From: Candidatus Beckwithbacteria bacterium
GTDB lineage: Bacteria; Patescibacteriota; Microgenomatia; UBA1400; UBA1449
Direction: 5' to 3'
Length of the DNA stretch: 64,000 bases
NCBI GenBank assembly: GCA_012797845.1
Contig: JAAZOH010000016.1
Span: 7,733-71,732, forward strand
This document shows, one piece after another, positions 37,903 to 47,895 of the stretch. The first letter of the stretch is position 1. Every line of letters begins with the position of its first letter. The translations under genes and the position numbers were made by a program. Below the pieces are notes generated by a model. It made no database searches, had not been told where the DNA came from, and saw only the letters and a list, made by a program, of their open reading frames with translations.

Positions 37903-40900
37903 ATGTTACCTTTCCACAAATTACTGGTATTTAACCCATGCCTACACCCTAGTCGGAAACTTCTTGTAATCCTTTTTTTTATTGCAATTTTATTAACTTA
38001 TCTACAAATCATTTATCCTCAATTAGCAAGAGCTATTGATCCAAATGTGGATTTTTTCAACACACATGAATTTACTCAAGTTACTAATGCATCTTTATCA
38101 CTCTATGATCACCCAGGGACAAGCGAAGGTCATCCCCTAGACAGTCAGGCTCCTCAACTTACAGGTCTTCTTGAAGGAAATACTTCCCCATCAGTTACTT
38201 CTGTATACCAAACTACTCCTATTACTGGAGTTGACTATGACAGTTCCTGGGCTAATAATCGTCTTCCAGGGGTTGGAGCTACAGTAGCTGGTTTTAGTAG
38301 TCAAAGCGGACAATCGGTTCAAGTGCCACCATCAGGCTACGATATTGGTGAGGGACGAACTGCTACTATTCTTTATTATGATAATAATAGTGTAACTATT
38401 AATTACGGCAATGTTGGAGAGTTCCAGACAGGATATACTATTCATATTTCTGGAATCCAAGCTAATTCAGAATTATTGGCTTCATATCAACAAGCTGTAG
38501 CTGAGGGGAAATTACTTGCAGTATCTGCTTTTCAAGAGCTAGGAACTGCTCTAAGCTCAGAAGTGCTAGTTGCAATTAGAGACACTGGAGCTCTAATGGA
38601 TCCTCGTTGGCTTGGGGATTGGTGGCAGTACGTTTATGATCCACTTGATCCATTAAATCCAAAACTTCTTGACCCAACAAAGCCTCCTTTACCAAAATTA
38701 GACAATCAATGTACTGTAGGTGATTCTTTACCACCTGATGGCATACTGCGCCCAAATCCTTGTCAAAACTGTACATTATTAGTACCAGATCCTACTAACT
38801 CTTGCGCTACTCAACCAGTTTTACAAAAAACAGGTACCTGGGGCTGTGGTGAACAGGCTTATCGTTGCGAAGGCGAAAATGATGAAGGTGGACTTGATCA
38901 TGATGGTGATTATGTTTTTCTTAAAGATTGGGCAGCAGTGTTTAAAATTAATACTAAAAATACTACGAAGGTTCCTTTTGCTGGTTATCGTAATATCGAA
39001 AAAAAAGATGAAAGATCGACTAATCTTAACAATTATTTACGTGATTATTTTGAAGGCACATTACTTTATGATCGAATTGATGAAAAAAATCCAATCAGTT
39101 TTTCAAATGCTGAGGATATACGAAATTTAAATCTAGAAGCTGGTGTTTTTAGAAAATTAGCTCCTACCTATGTTCAGGACGAACTAAGAAAAGCTATGAT
39201 TAAAAAGAGATATAACTATGAAATTACTAACTGCCAGCAAGGTCCAAATAAAGATACTTGTGCGGATGGAAAAAGCACTAGATATTACAAAACAATGAAT
39301 GAATGGCTGGCTAAAGCAAAACCTTGGCCAGATGGATATTATCCACCAACTTCACCAGATTACCAAGAATGCAATACTATTACTGAGTATTGGGCTGTTT
39401 TTAATTGTGTTAATCAGGCTGATCAAACATACGCTAATGCATATAAAAATTGGTCTGATACTCCTTGGGGTTTACTTTGGTCTTATATTCCTCTTTTTAC
39501 AAGAGAAGACGCTCCAGGCTCAGTTACTTTGACTATTGAACATAAACCAGGGGAACTAGAAACTGCCGGGGTTGGATCAAATAAAGGAAAGTATGCTGCT
39601 GAATTCCCTATGGCTTTCCCTCATTTAGCTGGCTTATATGAAGCTTCTCTTAACTTAAATAAATTACTATTACCAACTATGTTGCAAGATAAGATAGCTA
39701 GTAATAACAGCTCCTCTTCTTTGGTTAGTAAACCTAGCCAAAATATACTTCTAGCTCAGGCCCAAACTTTGGATGACACTATTGGATCAGAGATGTATTT
39801 AGCACAAGCTAGTTCAGATAATACTACTGAACCTGTACCAGAAACCTGGTACCAAACTTCAACTGGTTTGCGACCCAATGAAGATGGTACTACTAGTTGG
39901 TTTTTTGATCTAACTAAAAATAATAATTTTGCTGATGAAGGTAGTTATGATATGGTCCATATGGAGTTTTTTGTTTATGTTAATGGTGAACAAGTAGCAG
40001 CGTATCATGATAGTCCTAGTGTCGAACAAGGGCTTCATTACTCTGAACATATTCCAGATTCTATACAGTTGACACCTGGCGAACAACTCGAAGTTTCTGT
40101 TTTTATTAACAATGGAGCTCAAGCTATCAATGCTATTAAAGAAGATATAGTAGGCAAAACTTTTATTTCAAATTGTACTGTCCAGACTGATGGCAGTATT
40201 GCTTGTGACGGGGTATTGATGAAAATACCAGAACCTCAACAAACCAATTGTCGTAAAAATGGTTCGAGTATAGATAAAAATTGTTCTGGAAATGATCCGA
40301 TTTCTGATTATAATCCAAACGATGAAGTTTGCTGTAATGCTACTGCCAAAGCTACTATAGAAGATTATAAAATTTTTGTGAGTGAAGGTACTTACAAAGG
40401 TGCTTGTGTATGCCCAGCTAGCAACCCGGATTGTGACCTAGATGGAGGAGGTTCAGAATTAATGACTCGACAAGTTGAAGTTAGGCTAAAAATTCCTTAT
40501 TTAGAAAAAATCTATGCTTTAACAACAGGCTCTGAAGCAGGGGTTTTTAATATCTTCCGACCTCAAAATTTTTCAGAATATCCAGACAATGATGCTTTAT
40601 CTGGTATTACCTATGAGCTTGTATCAGGAGATGGAGTTAGTATTGTTCCTGATAGCGGCAATCTTTATTACCCTTATTTAGGTGGAATCCAGGAAACCAA
40701 AAAGTGTCTATCTGAACAGTTTTTGGTTCCTAGAGAACTCCAAAATGGGCAGGAGCAGTGTGGTTTTTGGTCATGGAATCGATATTTAGGAAGTACATCA
40801 GCCTTAGATTTATTGACCAAAGGCTGCACGTCTATGGAAGGCACAATTGATTATCGAAATTCTACTGGTTTTAATAAAGAATCTATAAGAGCTAATGGTT

Positions 40901-41292
40901 TGACTAGAATTAATGCTAATGGCTATTGGAGTTCTGATGAATTTACTAAGAATTTTGATATGGTTTACGATTCTGCGATAGCAGCTGGCTGGAATCCTGC
41001 GTTCGTAGTTGCTCTATGGATCGAGGAATCAGGAGGTTCAGCAGTTACTGCTTGGGATTTAGGATGCAAATATGGCAAAACTAGTACTGGTAGCATGTTA
41101 ATGCCTAAAAATAATATTGCCCTACAGCTTGAATGTTTATTTGAAAAAGACTATGCTACTTTGCCTTGGGAAGAATTTGCACTCACTTATGCCGAAGGTG
41201 CCAGAGAAGGTCGGCAGGATCCGGACAAATTTTGTAATAATCCTAATTTTCCAGGAGGGATTATCAGCGTCTATGAAGCACTAGTTAAATAG
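37903..41292 (+). CDS. Large secreted Cys-rich protein with C-terminal lysozyme-like domain
   Basis: N-terminal signal/TM (ARA), many paired Cys, C-terminal AIAAGWNPAFVVALWIEESGG (helix ending in the E-S motif of the lysozyme superfamily). Confidence 0.6.
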   Translation: MLPFHKLLVFNPCLHPSRKLLVILFFIAILLTYLQIIYPQLARAIDPNVDFFNTHEFTQVTNASLSLYDHPGTSEGHPLDSQAPQLTGLLEGNTSPSVTSVYQTTPITGVDYDSSWANNRLPGVGATVAGFSSQSGQSVQVPPSGYDIGEGRTATILYYDNNSVTINYGNVGEFQTGYTIHISGIQANSELLASYQQAVAEGKLLAVSAFQELGTALSSEVLVAIRDTGALMDPRWLGDWWQYVYDPLDPLNPKLLDPTKPPLPKLDNQCTVGDSLPPDGILRPNPCQNCTLLVPDPTNSCATQPVLQKTGTWGCGEQAYRCEGENDEGGLDHDGDYVFLKDWAAVFKINTKNTTKVPFAGYRNIEKKDERSTNLNNYLRDYFEGTLLYDRIDEKNPISFSNAEDIRNLNLEAGVFRKLAPTYVQDELRKAMIKKRYNYEITNCQQGPNKDTCADGKSTRYYKTMNEWLAKAKPWPDGYYPPTSPDYQECNTITEYWAVFNCVNQADQTYANAYKNWSDTPWGLLWSYIPLFTREDAPGSVTLTIEHKPGELETAGVGSNKGKYAAEFPMAFPHLAGLYEASLNLNKLLLPTMLQDKIASNNSSSSLVSKPSQNILLAQAQTLDDTIGSEMYLAQASSDNTTEPVPETWYQTSTGLRPNEDGTTSWFFDLTKNNNFADEGSYDMVHMEFFVYVNGEQVAAYHDSPSVEQGLHYSEHIPDSIQLTPGEQLEVSVFINNGAQAINAIKEDIVGKTFISNCTVQTDGSIACDGVLMKIPEPQQTNCRKNGSSIDKNCSGNDPISDYNPNDEVCCNATAKATIEDYKIFVSEGTYKGACVCPASNPDCDLDGGGSELMTRQVEVRLKIPYLEKIYALTTGSEAGVFNIFRPQNFSEYPDNDALSGITYELVSGDGVSIVPDSGNLYYPYLGGIQETKKCLSEQFLVPRELQNGQEQCGFWSWNRYLGSTSALDLLTKGCTSMEGTIDYRNSTGFNKESIRANGLTRINANGYWSSDEFTKNFDMVYDSAIAAGWNPAFVVALWIEESGGSAVTAWDLGCKYGKTSTGSMLMPKNNIALQLECLFEKDYATLPWEEFALTYAEGAREGRQDPDKFCNNPNFPGGIISVYEALVK

Positions 41293-41352
41293 TAGTTCTG
41301 GTTGTTTGTAAGCATTGGCTGTTGTATCATATATCTAACCTTGTAAGCTTAT

Positions 41353-43254
41353 ATGTCTTTATCTTTCTCAGAAAAAATACTATCTTTATTTTTTTCTATT
41401 ATTGTCGGTATAGGATTATTAGTTTCTGTTGCTCCTGCTATAGCAAGAGCTCAAGAAGGACAAGCTTGTAGTGATACCAGTCCTTGTCCTAGTGGTTATG
41501 AATGTGCTGGAGATAATACTTGCACATATGAAGGTAATCCTTACAAGGATATGTCTCACATGGAACATACTGGAGCTCCTTGTACTCCAAACTCTGACGG
41601 GACAACAGGAACCAGTTGTCCTACTGGATATTACTGTGCATTAGTTGATGGGGAAGGTAAATGTGAAAGTAGTTATTACGCCTCTTATGATCAAGAAACT
41701 GCTGCTTCTTTACAAAATAATGCTGCTTCCCAATGGAACAACTATTGGCTTGATCAGAATAAATTAAGTTATGACACAGAAGCTTTTGGGAGTACAAGCA
41801 TAGGTGATTCCCAATTTGCAAGACGACAATACAGACTAACTATCAATGCAATTACATCAGAAATTGTTGGGCCAGAACCTGAAGTAACATTAGCTTTTGG
41901 TTTACCAGAGGATTCTGGAGCTATTGGAGCTTTTACAAAAGGTGTTACTTTTATGGCTTCTAAACCGCCAGTCAAAACTAGTGCCTATTTAGCTGATCTG
42001 GGCAGACAAATGAATTTAGTCACTCCAGCTTATGCTCAGGGTACTGGTTTTCAGGCTTTAGAACCAGTGTTGGAATTATGGAAGGCTTTTCGTAATATCT
42101 CTTACGTGGGGTTTGTTCTCATATTTGTAGTTATTGGGTTTATGATTATGTTTAGAGCTAAAATTGGTCAACAAGCAGCGCTCACTATTCAACAAGCTCT
42201 ACCCCAAATTGTCATTACCTTGCTTTTAGTTACATTTTCATATGCTATTGCTGCTTTTATGATTGATTTAATTTTCTTTCTGATTTACTTAGCAGTGGGA
42301 GCTTTTGAAGCTTTTGGGATTTTAAATGCACCTAGTTCATCAAACTATGTTAATGTTGTTGAAAATATCTTTTTTGAGAAAAACATTTTGACTATTGCAC
42401 TTCAAGACTTACTATCTTGGGGGACTGATCAAGCTGCAGGAAGTGCCTCATATGCTTTAGGAGACATGATCCAACAAGCTTTTCCAGGTATTATTGGTTC
42501 AGGCCTAGCTTTCATTAGTGCTCCCTTAGGCTATCTTATAATAGCAGTAGCAATTTTAATTGCTGTTTTTAAGCTTTTCTTCCAGTTACTTATGGCCTAC
42601 ATTGGTTTGGTATTTAGTGTTATTTTTGCTCCTATGATCTTACTCTTCAATGCTATTCCTGGTAGTGATAGTTTTGGTAAATGGATTAAAGGTTTGCTAG
42701 CTAATGCTTTAGTTTTCCCAGTTACTGCCGTAATGATTCTGATAGCTGGAGCATTGACTAATAGTCAAAAATTTGGAATTGCTGACGATATTGGCTATCA
42801 ATTTAGTGGTACTACTAAAGTCTTAGGAGTACCTTTTATTAGTGGTGGTTTTGACACTAATGCTATCCAAGCTCTCATTGGTATTGGGGTCTTGATGATG
42901 CTACCTAAAGTAGTTGAGCTAGTCCAAAAATCCCTTGGTGTTGAGGGTGGTTTGGCTGGCATGATGGGTTCTATTGCCGAACCTTTGTCTGGAGGAGCTG
43001 GCCGAGTCTTTGGAACTGCTGGTATGCTAGGTGGAGCTGGGTATCGAGCTGCTACTACTGGCAGCGAAATCGGTAGAGCAGAAGCCATGTATGGACCAAA
43101 TGTTTATGAAAGAGGTTTAAGTAATACACTTAGACATATGCTGGGAATGGGTATGAAAGTTAAACCTGGATTTGTAAATCAACGATGGAATTCGGGAAGT
43201 GGTACTACAGATACCGGAAATGGAACAGGTACGAGAACAGGAACTACTAGTTAA
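41353..43254 (+). CDS. VirB6/TrbL-like polytopic membrane protein with Cys-rich N-terminus
   Basis: LWKAFRNISY...MIMFR...LPQIVITLLLVTFSYAIAAFMID, IFAP, WIKGLLANALVFP, Gly-rich tail; follows the pilin array. Confidence 0.7.
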   Translation: MSLSFSEKILSLFFSIIVGIGLLVSVAPAIARAQEGQACSDTSPCPSGYECAGDNTCTYEGNPYKDMSHMEHTGAPCTPNSDGTTGTSCPTGYYCALVDGEGKCESSYYASYDQETAASLQNNAASQWNNYWLDQNKLSYDTEAFGSTSIGDSQFARRQYRLTINAITSEIVGPEPEVTLAFGLPEDSGAIGAFTKGVTFMASKPPVKTSAYLADLGRQMNLVTPAYAQGTGFQALEPVLELWKAFRNISYVGFVLIFVVIGFMIMFRAKIGQQAALTIQQALPQIVITLLLVTFSYAIAAFMIDLIFFLIYLAVGAFEAFGILNAPSSSNYVNVVENIFFEKNILTIALQDLLSWGTDQAAGSASYALGDMIQQAFPGIIGSGLAFISAPLGYLIIAVAILIAVFKLFFQLLMAYIGLVFSVIFAPMILLFNAIPGSDSFGKWIKGLLANALVFPVTAVMILIAGALTNSQKFGIADDIGYQFSGTTKVLGVPFISGGFDTNAIQALIGIGVLMMLPKVVELVQKSLGVEGGLAGMMGSIAEPLSGGAGRVFGTAGMLGGAGYRAATTGSEIGRAEAMYGPNVYERGLSNTLRHMLGMGMKVKPGFVNQRWNSGSGTTDTGNGTGTRTGTTS

Positions 43255-43320
43255 TCTTTCTAGATTTCAAACAAACACATTCTATACTTTATATTTTTAT
43301 ATCCTTGAATTTTAAGTATT

Positions 43321-46275
43321 TTATTTATCTGCAGGTTTATTAAGTACTGAAACTTTAAACCATTTACGCAAGAAGTCAATCAGACCAAGTCCCAATTCAA
43401 AATTTCCTTCAAATCTGATATGTCGCAAGTATTTTCCTTCATTCGGCAACATGCCAATATCATTATTGTCCAAGATTTTATCTATCAAAGGTAGGACTCT
43501 TTGTTCAAATTCTTCAGCATTAGCTACCATACCGTCTTTTTCAAAAGCTTTAGCCATGGTCTCAAAATAACGACCACCCACCACCCGAGCCCCGTGATAT
43601 TGCCTACCAGGACAATAGCCTCTGTCTCCATTTTCATCCACATAATTCTTGGGGATATATTTAATCTTCCTAATTGGAGTATTGCTTGGACCAATAATAA
43701 GGTTTCCATCTTTATTGTCATTAACTCTAACTTCTCGATATCCATAACGTTTTTGCAAAACCTCCCACCGTTTTTTAGCAGCTTCAAGCGCCTGCTCTTC
43801 GCTTAAATTAGGGTCTCTTTCTCTATTTATCTCTACAAGTTCTTTAAGAAAATCTTCTTTACTATAATGTTGTTCGACAAAATTCCCACCTTCTCTTTTC
43901 AAATCTGCCACCCAACATTCTGTTCGTATTCCCATCTGGTAGGCTTGAGCAATCATTTCTTCTTGAGCAAATTCTTCCATCCATTTATTGTTTCTAAAAC
44001 CCATTACCCCTTTAGCTTTCAGCTCTCCTGTAGCTTGACTGGTTTTTTTGGCTGCATTTTCAATAACAGCCAGTTTGAGATCTTTCTCACTTTCAATCTT
44101 TCCGGTTAAACCCTCATTATCCATAACTTGGTTATGATAGCCATTAACTACCTCGTATGAATCATTTGCTGCTGCTGTGTAACTAGCATGAGATTCTAGG
44201 ACTTTGTGTTGAAGGGACTCATTCCAGGCTAAAGAATCAAAAAATAGCAGATGTCTTTGCTGCAATTGTTTTATCTGCCTTAAACCTTCAAAGCCTTTGG
44301 TTCTATTGGCATCAAATACTACTGTTTCTTCAATTCGTTGTAACTTGGCAAAAGCTGGGCCAAAGTCAATATGGGCTATAGCGTCTTTTTCATCCTGCGT
44401 CCAGGATTCAAAACCAGCAATTACTTCCTGAAGTGATTTAAAATCTGCACGTTGGACAAAATTGCTTTCATTACCTTTTACTATTACTTTTCCATGCTCA
44501 TCTTTCTTTGTTCTGCGAAGAATTAACCACTTATCTGCTAATTCTTCCCAGTTATCTTCACTAAAATCTAAACTAGTTCCATTTCCTCGCCATTGAGTTG
44601 ATTCACCTTTTACTCCTGATTTGCCATCTTTCCCCATTCCAAAAGCAATCAAACTTTCTATTTCTTCTAAGTGGGGCATAATACCTTGGCGGGTTAATTT
44701 TTGTAGAAGCACTTCTTTTGCACTTGGTTTACCCCGTCTCGCAGCTTCTTTATCAGCTGCCTTATATGCTTCTGTTTCCCAGTTAATATAAGTCATCTCA
44801 GGCAACATCATCGCTCCGGAAGCTCCTTCGCTAGACATTGGTCCCCAACCAATCAATCTTTGCACTCGACGTAGCATCTCTGGCGAATTCTTATAAACCC
44901 GTTCAAATCCCGCTGGAATCACACCTTTTCTAGAAGCTGAATAGGTCTCTCGAGCTCCCATTAAGGGATCGTGTCGATAGTTTTCAAACTGGATATTCCA
45001 TAAATTCCAAGCAGATTCATATACTCCCCAAAGTGCCCCTGTCATTAATCCTCTTAGGTCCTGGCGTTTTTCAGGCGCCAACTCTTTAACTGAAATTCTT
45101 TTACCAAAACCAAAGTCGTACAAATTGGTATCAATGATAACCGCATCCTTAGGTAGACCTTCTCCTTGATCATTTACTAATCGATGTTCAAACAAATCGT
45201 CAAAAATTGCTGCTCTGACTTTATTGTAACCGATATCCTTAGGATGACCATTTTCATCAAGCAGTGAACCTTTCCAATTTTCACCCGGACTTTCAGTCAA
45301 GATCCTATAGGCTGTGTCCGGGTCATCAAGTAAATCTTTATAGTGGTCAATTCTGATAGTGCCTCGATATGTTTGTTCCCGACCATTCCTATCTACAGCT
45401 GTAACCTCTACCTCAGGTGCTATCTCATGCAAACCTTCAAAAAGCTTAATGCCAGGATTACCTAAAATTGAAGACATCGCTTTGATATCTTTTTGGGTCA
45501 TTGCTTGTCCAGCTTTTCGGATAAAATCACCTGCCAACCACATTGAGCCCTGTTCTGAGCTCAGTTGGTTGGAGCTTAGGATCATCTGTAAGGCTTGATG
45601 CTCGATATGAGAACCTGATTTTAAAACTTCCAGATGTAGCAGGGATAAAACTTGCCCAATTCGTTTTTGTTGTTTTGTCGGATCTATAGTTCCATCTGGA
45701 TTCCTAGGATTGGGCAAATAATCACTTAATGCTTTATCAAGTTCATCGTATTTTTCTTGTAGTTCACCTGTGACAGCTTTTAGTTGGTCAAGTCGCATTT
45801 TTTTCCACAAATCAGTCTGAAACCCTCCCATACCATTCTCCCCATTACCTAGTTCAATTAATTTTTGAAGCTGTTCTAAACTTTGCGCTTGTCGCATTTG
45901 CTCTGTTTCTTCTTCGCTAAGATTGATTGTTCCTTCTTCTCGTTCCAACTCTGTAAGTCTTTTTTCAATTGCTCGAATAGCTGGTTTATTTTCTACTCCT
46001 TCTACATTGATTAGTTTTAAATTGAGAGCAACTGCTAATTGAAAAATGATTAAACGACGACGTAATTCTTTTTGTGGAGTGTGTTCTTGAACTAAAAACT
46101 GATAATACATATCAGCTTGCATTTGTTCATCTCTGTTTAAAATAGTATTTTCTTCTTCTTGTTGATTTTGGCGTAGTTCATTTTGGGGATTACGTTCCTG
46201 GTCCTGATCACGACGTGGACGCCGTTCTCGTCTGTTTCTTCTTTGGTTGCGTTCATTTTCTGGATCTGAAGGCAT
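43321..46275 (-). CDS. Large hypothetical cytoplasmic protein (984 aa)
   Basis: Long ORF with an R/Q/E-rich N-terminus; TGG-TATAAT box upstream; no motif recognised. Confidence 0.75.
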   Translation of the reverse strand: MPSDPENERNQRRNRRERRPRRDQDQERNPQNELRQNQQEEENTILNRDEQMQADMYYQFLVQEHTPQKELRRRLIIFQLAVALNLKLINVEGVENKPAIRAIEKRLTELEREEGTINLSEEETEQMRQAQSLEQLQKLIELGNGENGMGGFQTDLWKKMRLDQLKAVTGELQEKYDELDKALSDYLPNPRNPDGTIDPTKQQKRIGQVLSLLHLEVLKSGSHIEHQALQMILSSNQLSSEQGSMWLAGDFIRKAGQAMTQKDIKAMSSILGNPGIKLFEGLHEIAPEVEVTAVDRNGREQTYRGTIRIDHYKDLLDDPDTAYRILTESPGENWKGSLLDENGHPKDIGYNKVRAAIFDDLFEHRLVNDQGEGLPKDAVIIDTNLYDFGFGKRISVKELAPEKRQDLRGLMTGALWGVYESAWNLWNIQFENYRHDPLMGARETYSASRKGVIPAGFERVYKNSPEMLRRVQRLIGWGPMSSEGASGAMMLPEMTYINWETEAYKAADKEAARRGKPSAKEVLLQKLTRQGIMPHLEEIESLIAFGMGKDGKSGVKGESTQWRGNGTSLDFSEDNWEELADKWLILRRTKKDEHGKVIVKGNESNFVQRADFKSLQEVIAGFESWTQDEKDAIAHIDFGPAFAKLQRIEETVVFDANRTKGFEGLRQIKQLQQRHLLFFDSLAWNESLQHKVLESHASYTAAANDSYEVVNGYHNQVMDNEGLTGKIESEKDLKLAVIENAAKKTSQATGELKAKGVMGFRNNKWMEEFAQEEMIAQAYQMGIRTECWVADLKREGGNFVEQHYSKEDFLKELVEINRERDPNLSEEQALEAAKKRWEVLQKRYGYREVRVNDNKDGNLIIGPSNTPIRKIKYIPKNYVDENGDRGYCPGRQYHGARVVGGRYFETMAKAFEKDGMVANAEEFEQRVLPLIDKILDNNDIGMLPNEGKYLRHIRFEGNFELGLGLIDFLRKWFKVSVLNKPADK

Positions 46276-46337
46276 ATATGATTAGTAGTTTTTTATTAGC
46301 TGTATTATACCAAATTTTATAGGATAATTTAAATCTC

Positions 46338-46366
46338 TTGACACCATAAAGTGTTTGCGTTATTGT
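46338..46366 (+). promoter_or_regulatory. Sigma-70 promoter upstream of the riboswitch-like RNA
   Basis: TTGACA, 17 nt spacer, TATTGT. Confidence 0.7.
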
Positions 46367-46421
46367 GGTTCTATTCTATCTTATCAAAGGCATTCTGAGA
46401 AGTTAGAATTTTTAAAAATAA

Positions 46422-46561
46422 AACAGGTGAATGAGGTAAAAATCCTCAGCTGTGCCGCAACCGTGAAAATCCCTTTTGTTTGATTAAAAATCAAAGCATT
46501 ATTAGGGAGGCAGCCGGAACCCTGTTATCTGAGGCTCCATTTTACAGGCGAGCTACCTGTA
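46422..46561 (+). ncRNA. Cobalamin riboswitch-like leader (class II, short form)
   Basis: P3 AACAGG/CCTGTT, J3/4 GTGAA, P4 TGAGG-TAAAAAT-CCTCA, GCTGTGCCGCAACCGTGA, B12 box AGCCGGAACC (CCG/CGG covariation), downstream hairpin TACAGG/CCTGTA. Confidence 0.75.
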
Positions 46562-46575
46562 GAAGCCGTACCGCA

Positions 46576-47835
46576 TTGTCATTTGCCATTGAGCAGTCTC
46601 CAACAATTACTCAAGAAAAAATACGTATCCCTCCTGAATTGATCATTGGCTTATTTCCAAGATTTTCTTCTGATCAACTACTAACACAAGATCGGCGTGA
46701 CCCATTTTTAACTCCAGAGCTTGTAGCTTATTTTAATCAAAGTCGCAATCAATTTGTGATAGAGCAAGATATTGGTCAAACCAGTTTAGAACAGGAAGCA
46801 CAGCTGGTGGCTCAGTTACGAGAACATGTTTTAGGTCAACCATTACTTACCAAGTGTACGATCTGTTTTCGAGATAACCAGCTTTTTTTTAATAACCATG
46901 CTGAATCTTTTGTTCACCAAACACTCACCAGCATTCATCCAAATAGTATTTTCAAAAGAATAGAGCCGTACTGGCTACGAAAATTTGGCTATATCCCTAC
47001 TAGTCAACAATTGGAATTCGTTACTAGCAATCCTGATATATTCAGAAGCTTAATATCTGATGATGTATATTATCAAACTAAACTAGGGCTTGAATGGGCT
47101 GAGTTTACCGGTATTTTAAGACTACAGCAACAGTTGGCCACTATTGGAGATGGTCAACGGATTGTTGAGTTTAGTCCTGGCTCAGCCAAACTAAGACCTA
47201 CTCCAATTATTCATCATTGGGTCCGAATATATGAAAAACAAGGAGAACAAATTATAGCAACCTATGTTCGCAGTGATGTTTCCGATGAGGAATTTATCAA
47301 AGCATATGTTCAATTTGCTCAACCAAATCCCATATATACAACGGTTCAGGATATTGTCAGTCACCCGATTGTAACTACTGCTAATCCTGAACAAATCTTA
47401 GCAGCTCTTCATATCAATCAAGACTCCCAATTTTTAGAGCTGTATGATCGGGCCTTGGCTGACCTTAAAGTTCAAACTACCTTACGGACAACATTAGAAT
47501 TGATGAAGCAAAAAGTTGGCCTTCCTCAGATTATTAGCTCCAAAGCTCAGCTTGAACAAGAAGTACTTAAAACCTTTAATAAATTATTCAGACAATACCT
47601 TGAAGAGCATGGCTCTTCTACAACCGAACTAAAGAATAATTTTATTAAGAGTGCTTTAAAATTTTTAGGTCGTGGTGGTGGCTGTGGTCTGGCTGGGCTC
47701 TTAGAATCATTTGTGCCTGGTTTCCCTTGTCCTCGCTGTGGGGGTTGGATTAAAATGGGCAGTGGCGATGCTTGCCCTAGCTGCGGCTATACTAAAAATG
47801 AACACGCAGCAGTTAGTGGGGAGAGGTGCGGGTAA
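46576..47835 (+). CDS. Hypothetical protein with C-terminal GGGCG and Zn ribbon (CPRC...CPSC)
   Basis: The ORF-track start (46480) lies inside the riboswitch; an in-frame TTG at 46576 follows the expression platform. Confidence 0.65.
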   Translation: MSFAIEQSPTITQEKIRIPPELIIGLFPRFSSDQLLTQDRRDPFLTPELVAYFNQSRNQFVIEQDIGQTSLEQEAQLVAQLREHVLGQPLLTKCTICFRDNQLFFNNHAESFVHQTLTSIHPNSIFKRIEPYWLRKFGYIPTSQQLEFVTSNPDIFRSLISDDVYYQTKLGLEWAEFTGILRLQQQLATIGDGQRIVEFSPGSAKLRPTPIIHHWVRIYEKQGEQIIATYVRSDVSDEEFIKAYVQFAQPNPIYTTVQDIVSHPIVTTANPEQILAALHINQDSQFLELYDRALADLKVQTTLRTTLELMKQKVGLPQIISSKAQLEQEVLKTFNKLFRQYLEEHGSSTTELKNNFIKSALKFLGRGGGCGLAGLLESFVPGFPCPRCGGWIKMGSGDACPSCGYTKNEHAAVSGERCG

Positions 47836-47895
47836 TTGTTTTTAAATTAGATTTTAAATGAGATAGCTCTAGCTTTTAATATAAAAATGTTTTTT

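Noticed and set aside
46480-46575. ORF-track N-terminus of the Zn-ribbon protein
   Set aside because: Overlaps the riboswitch core; the downstream in-frame TTG is more plausible.
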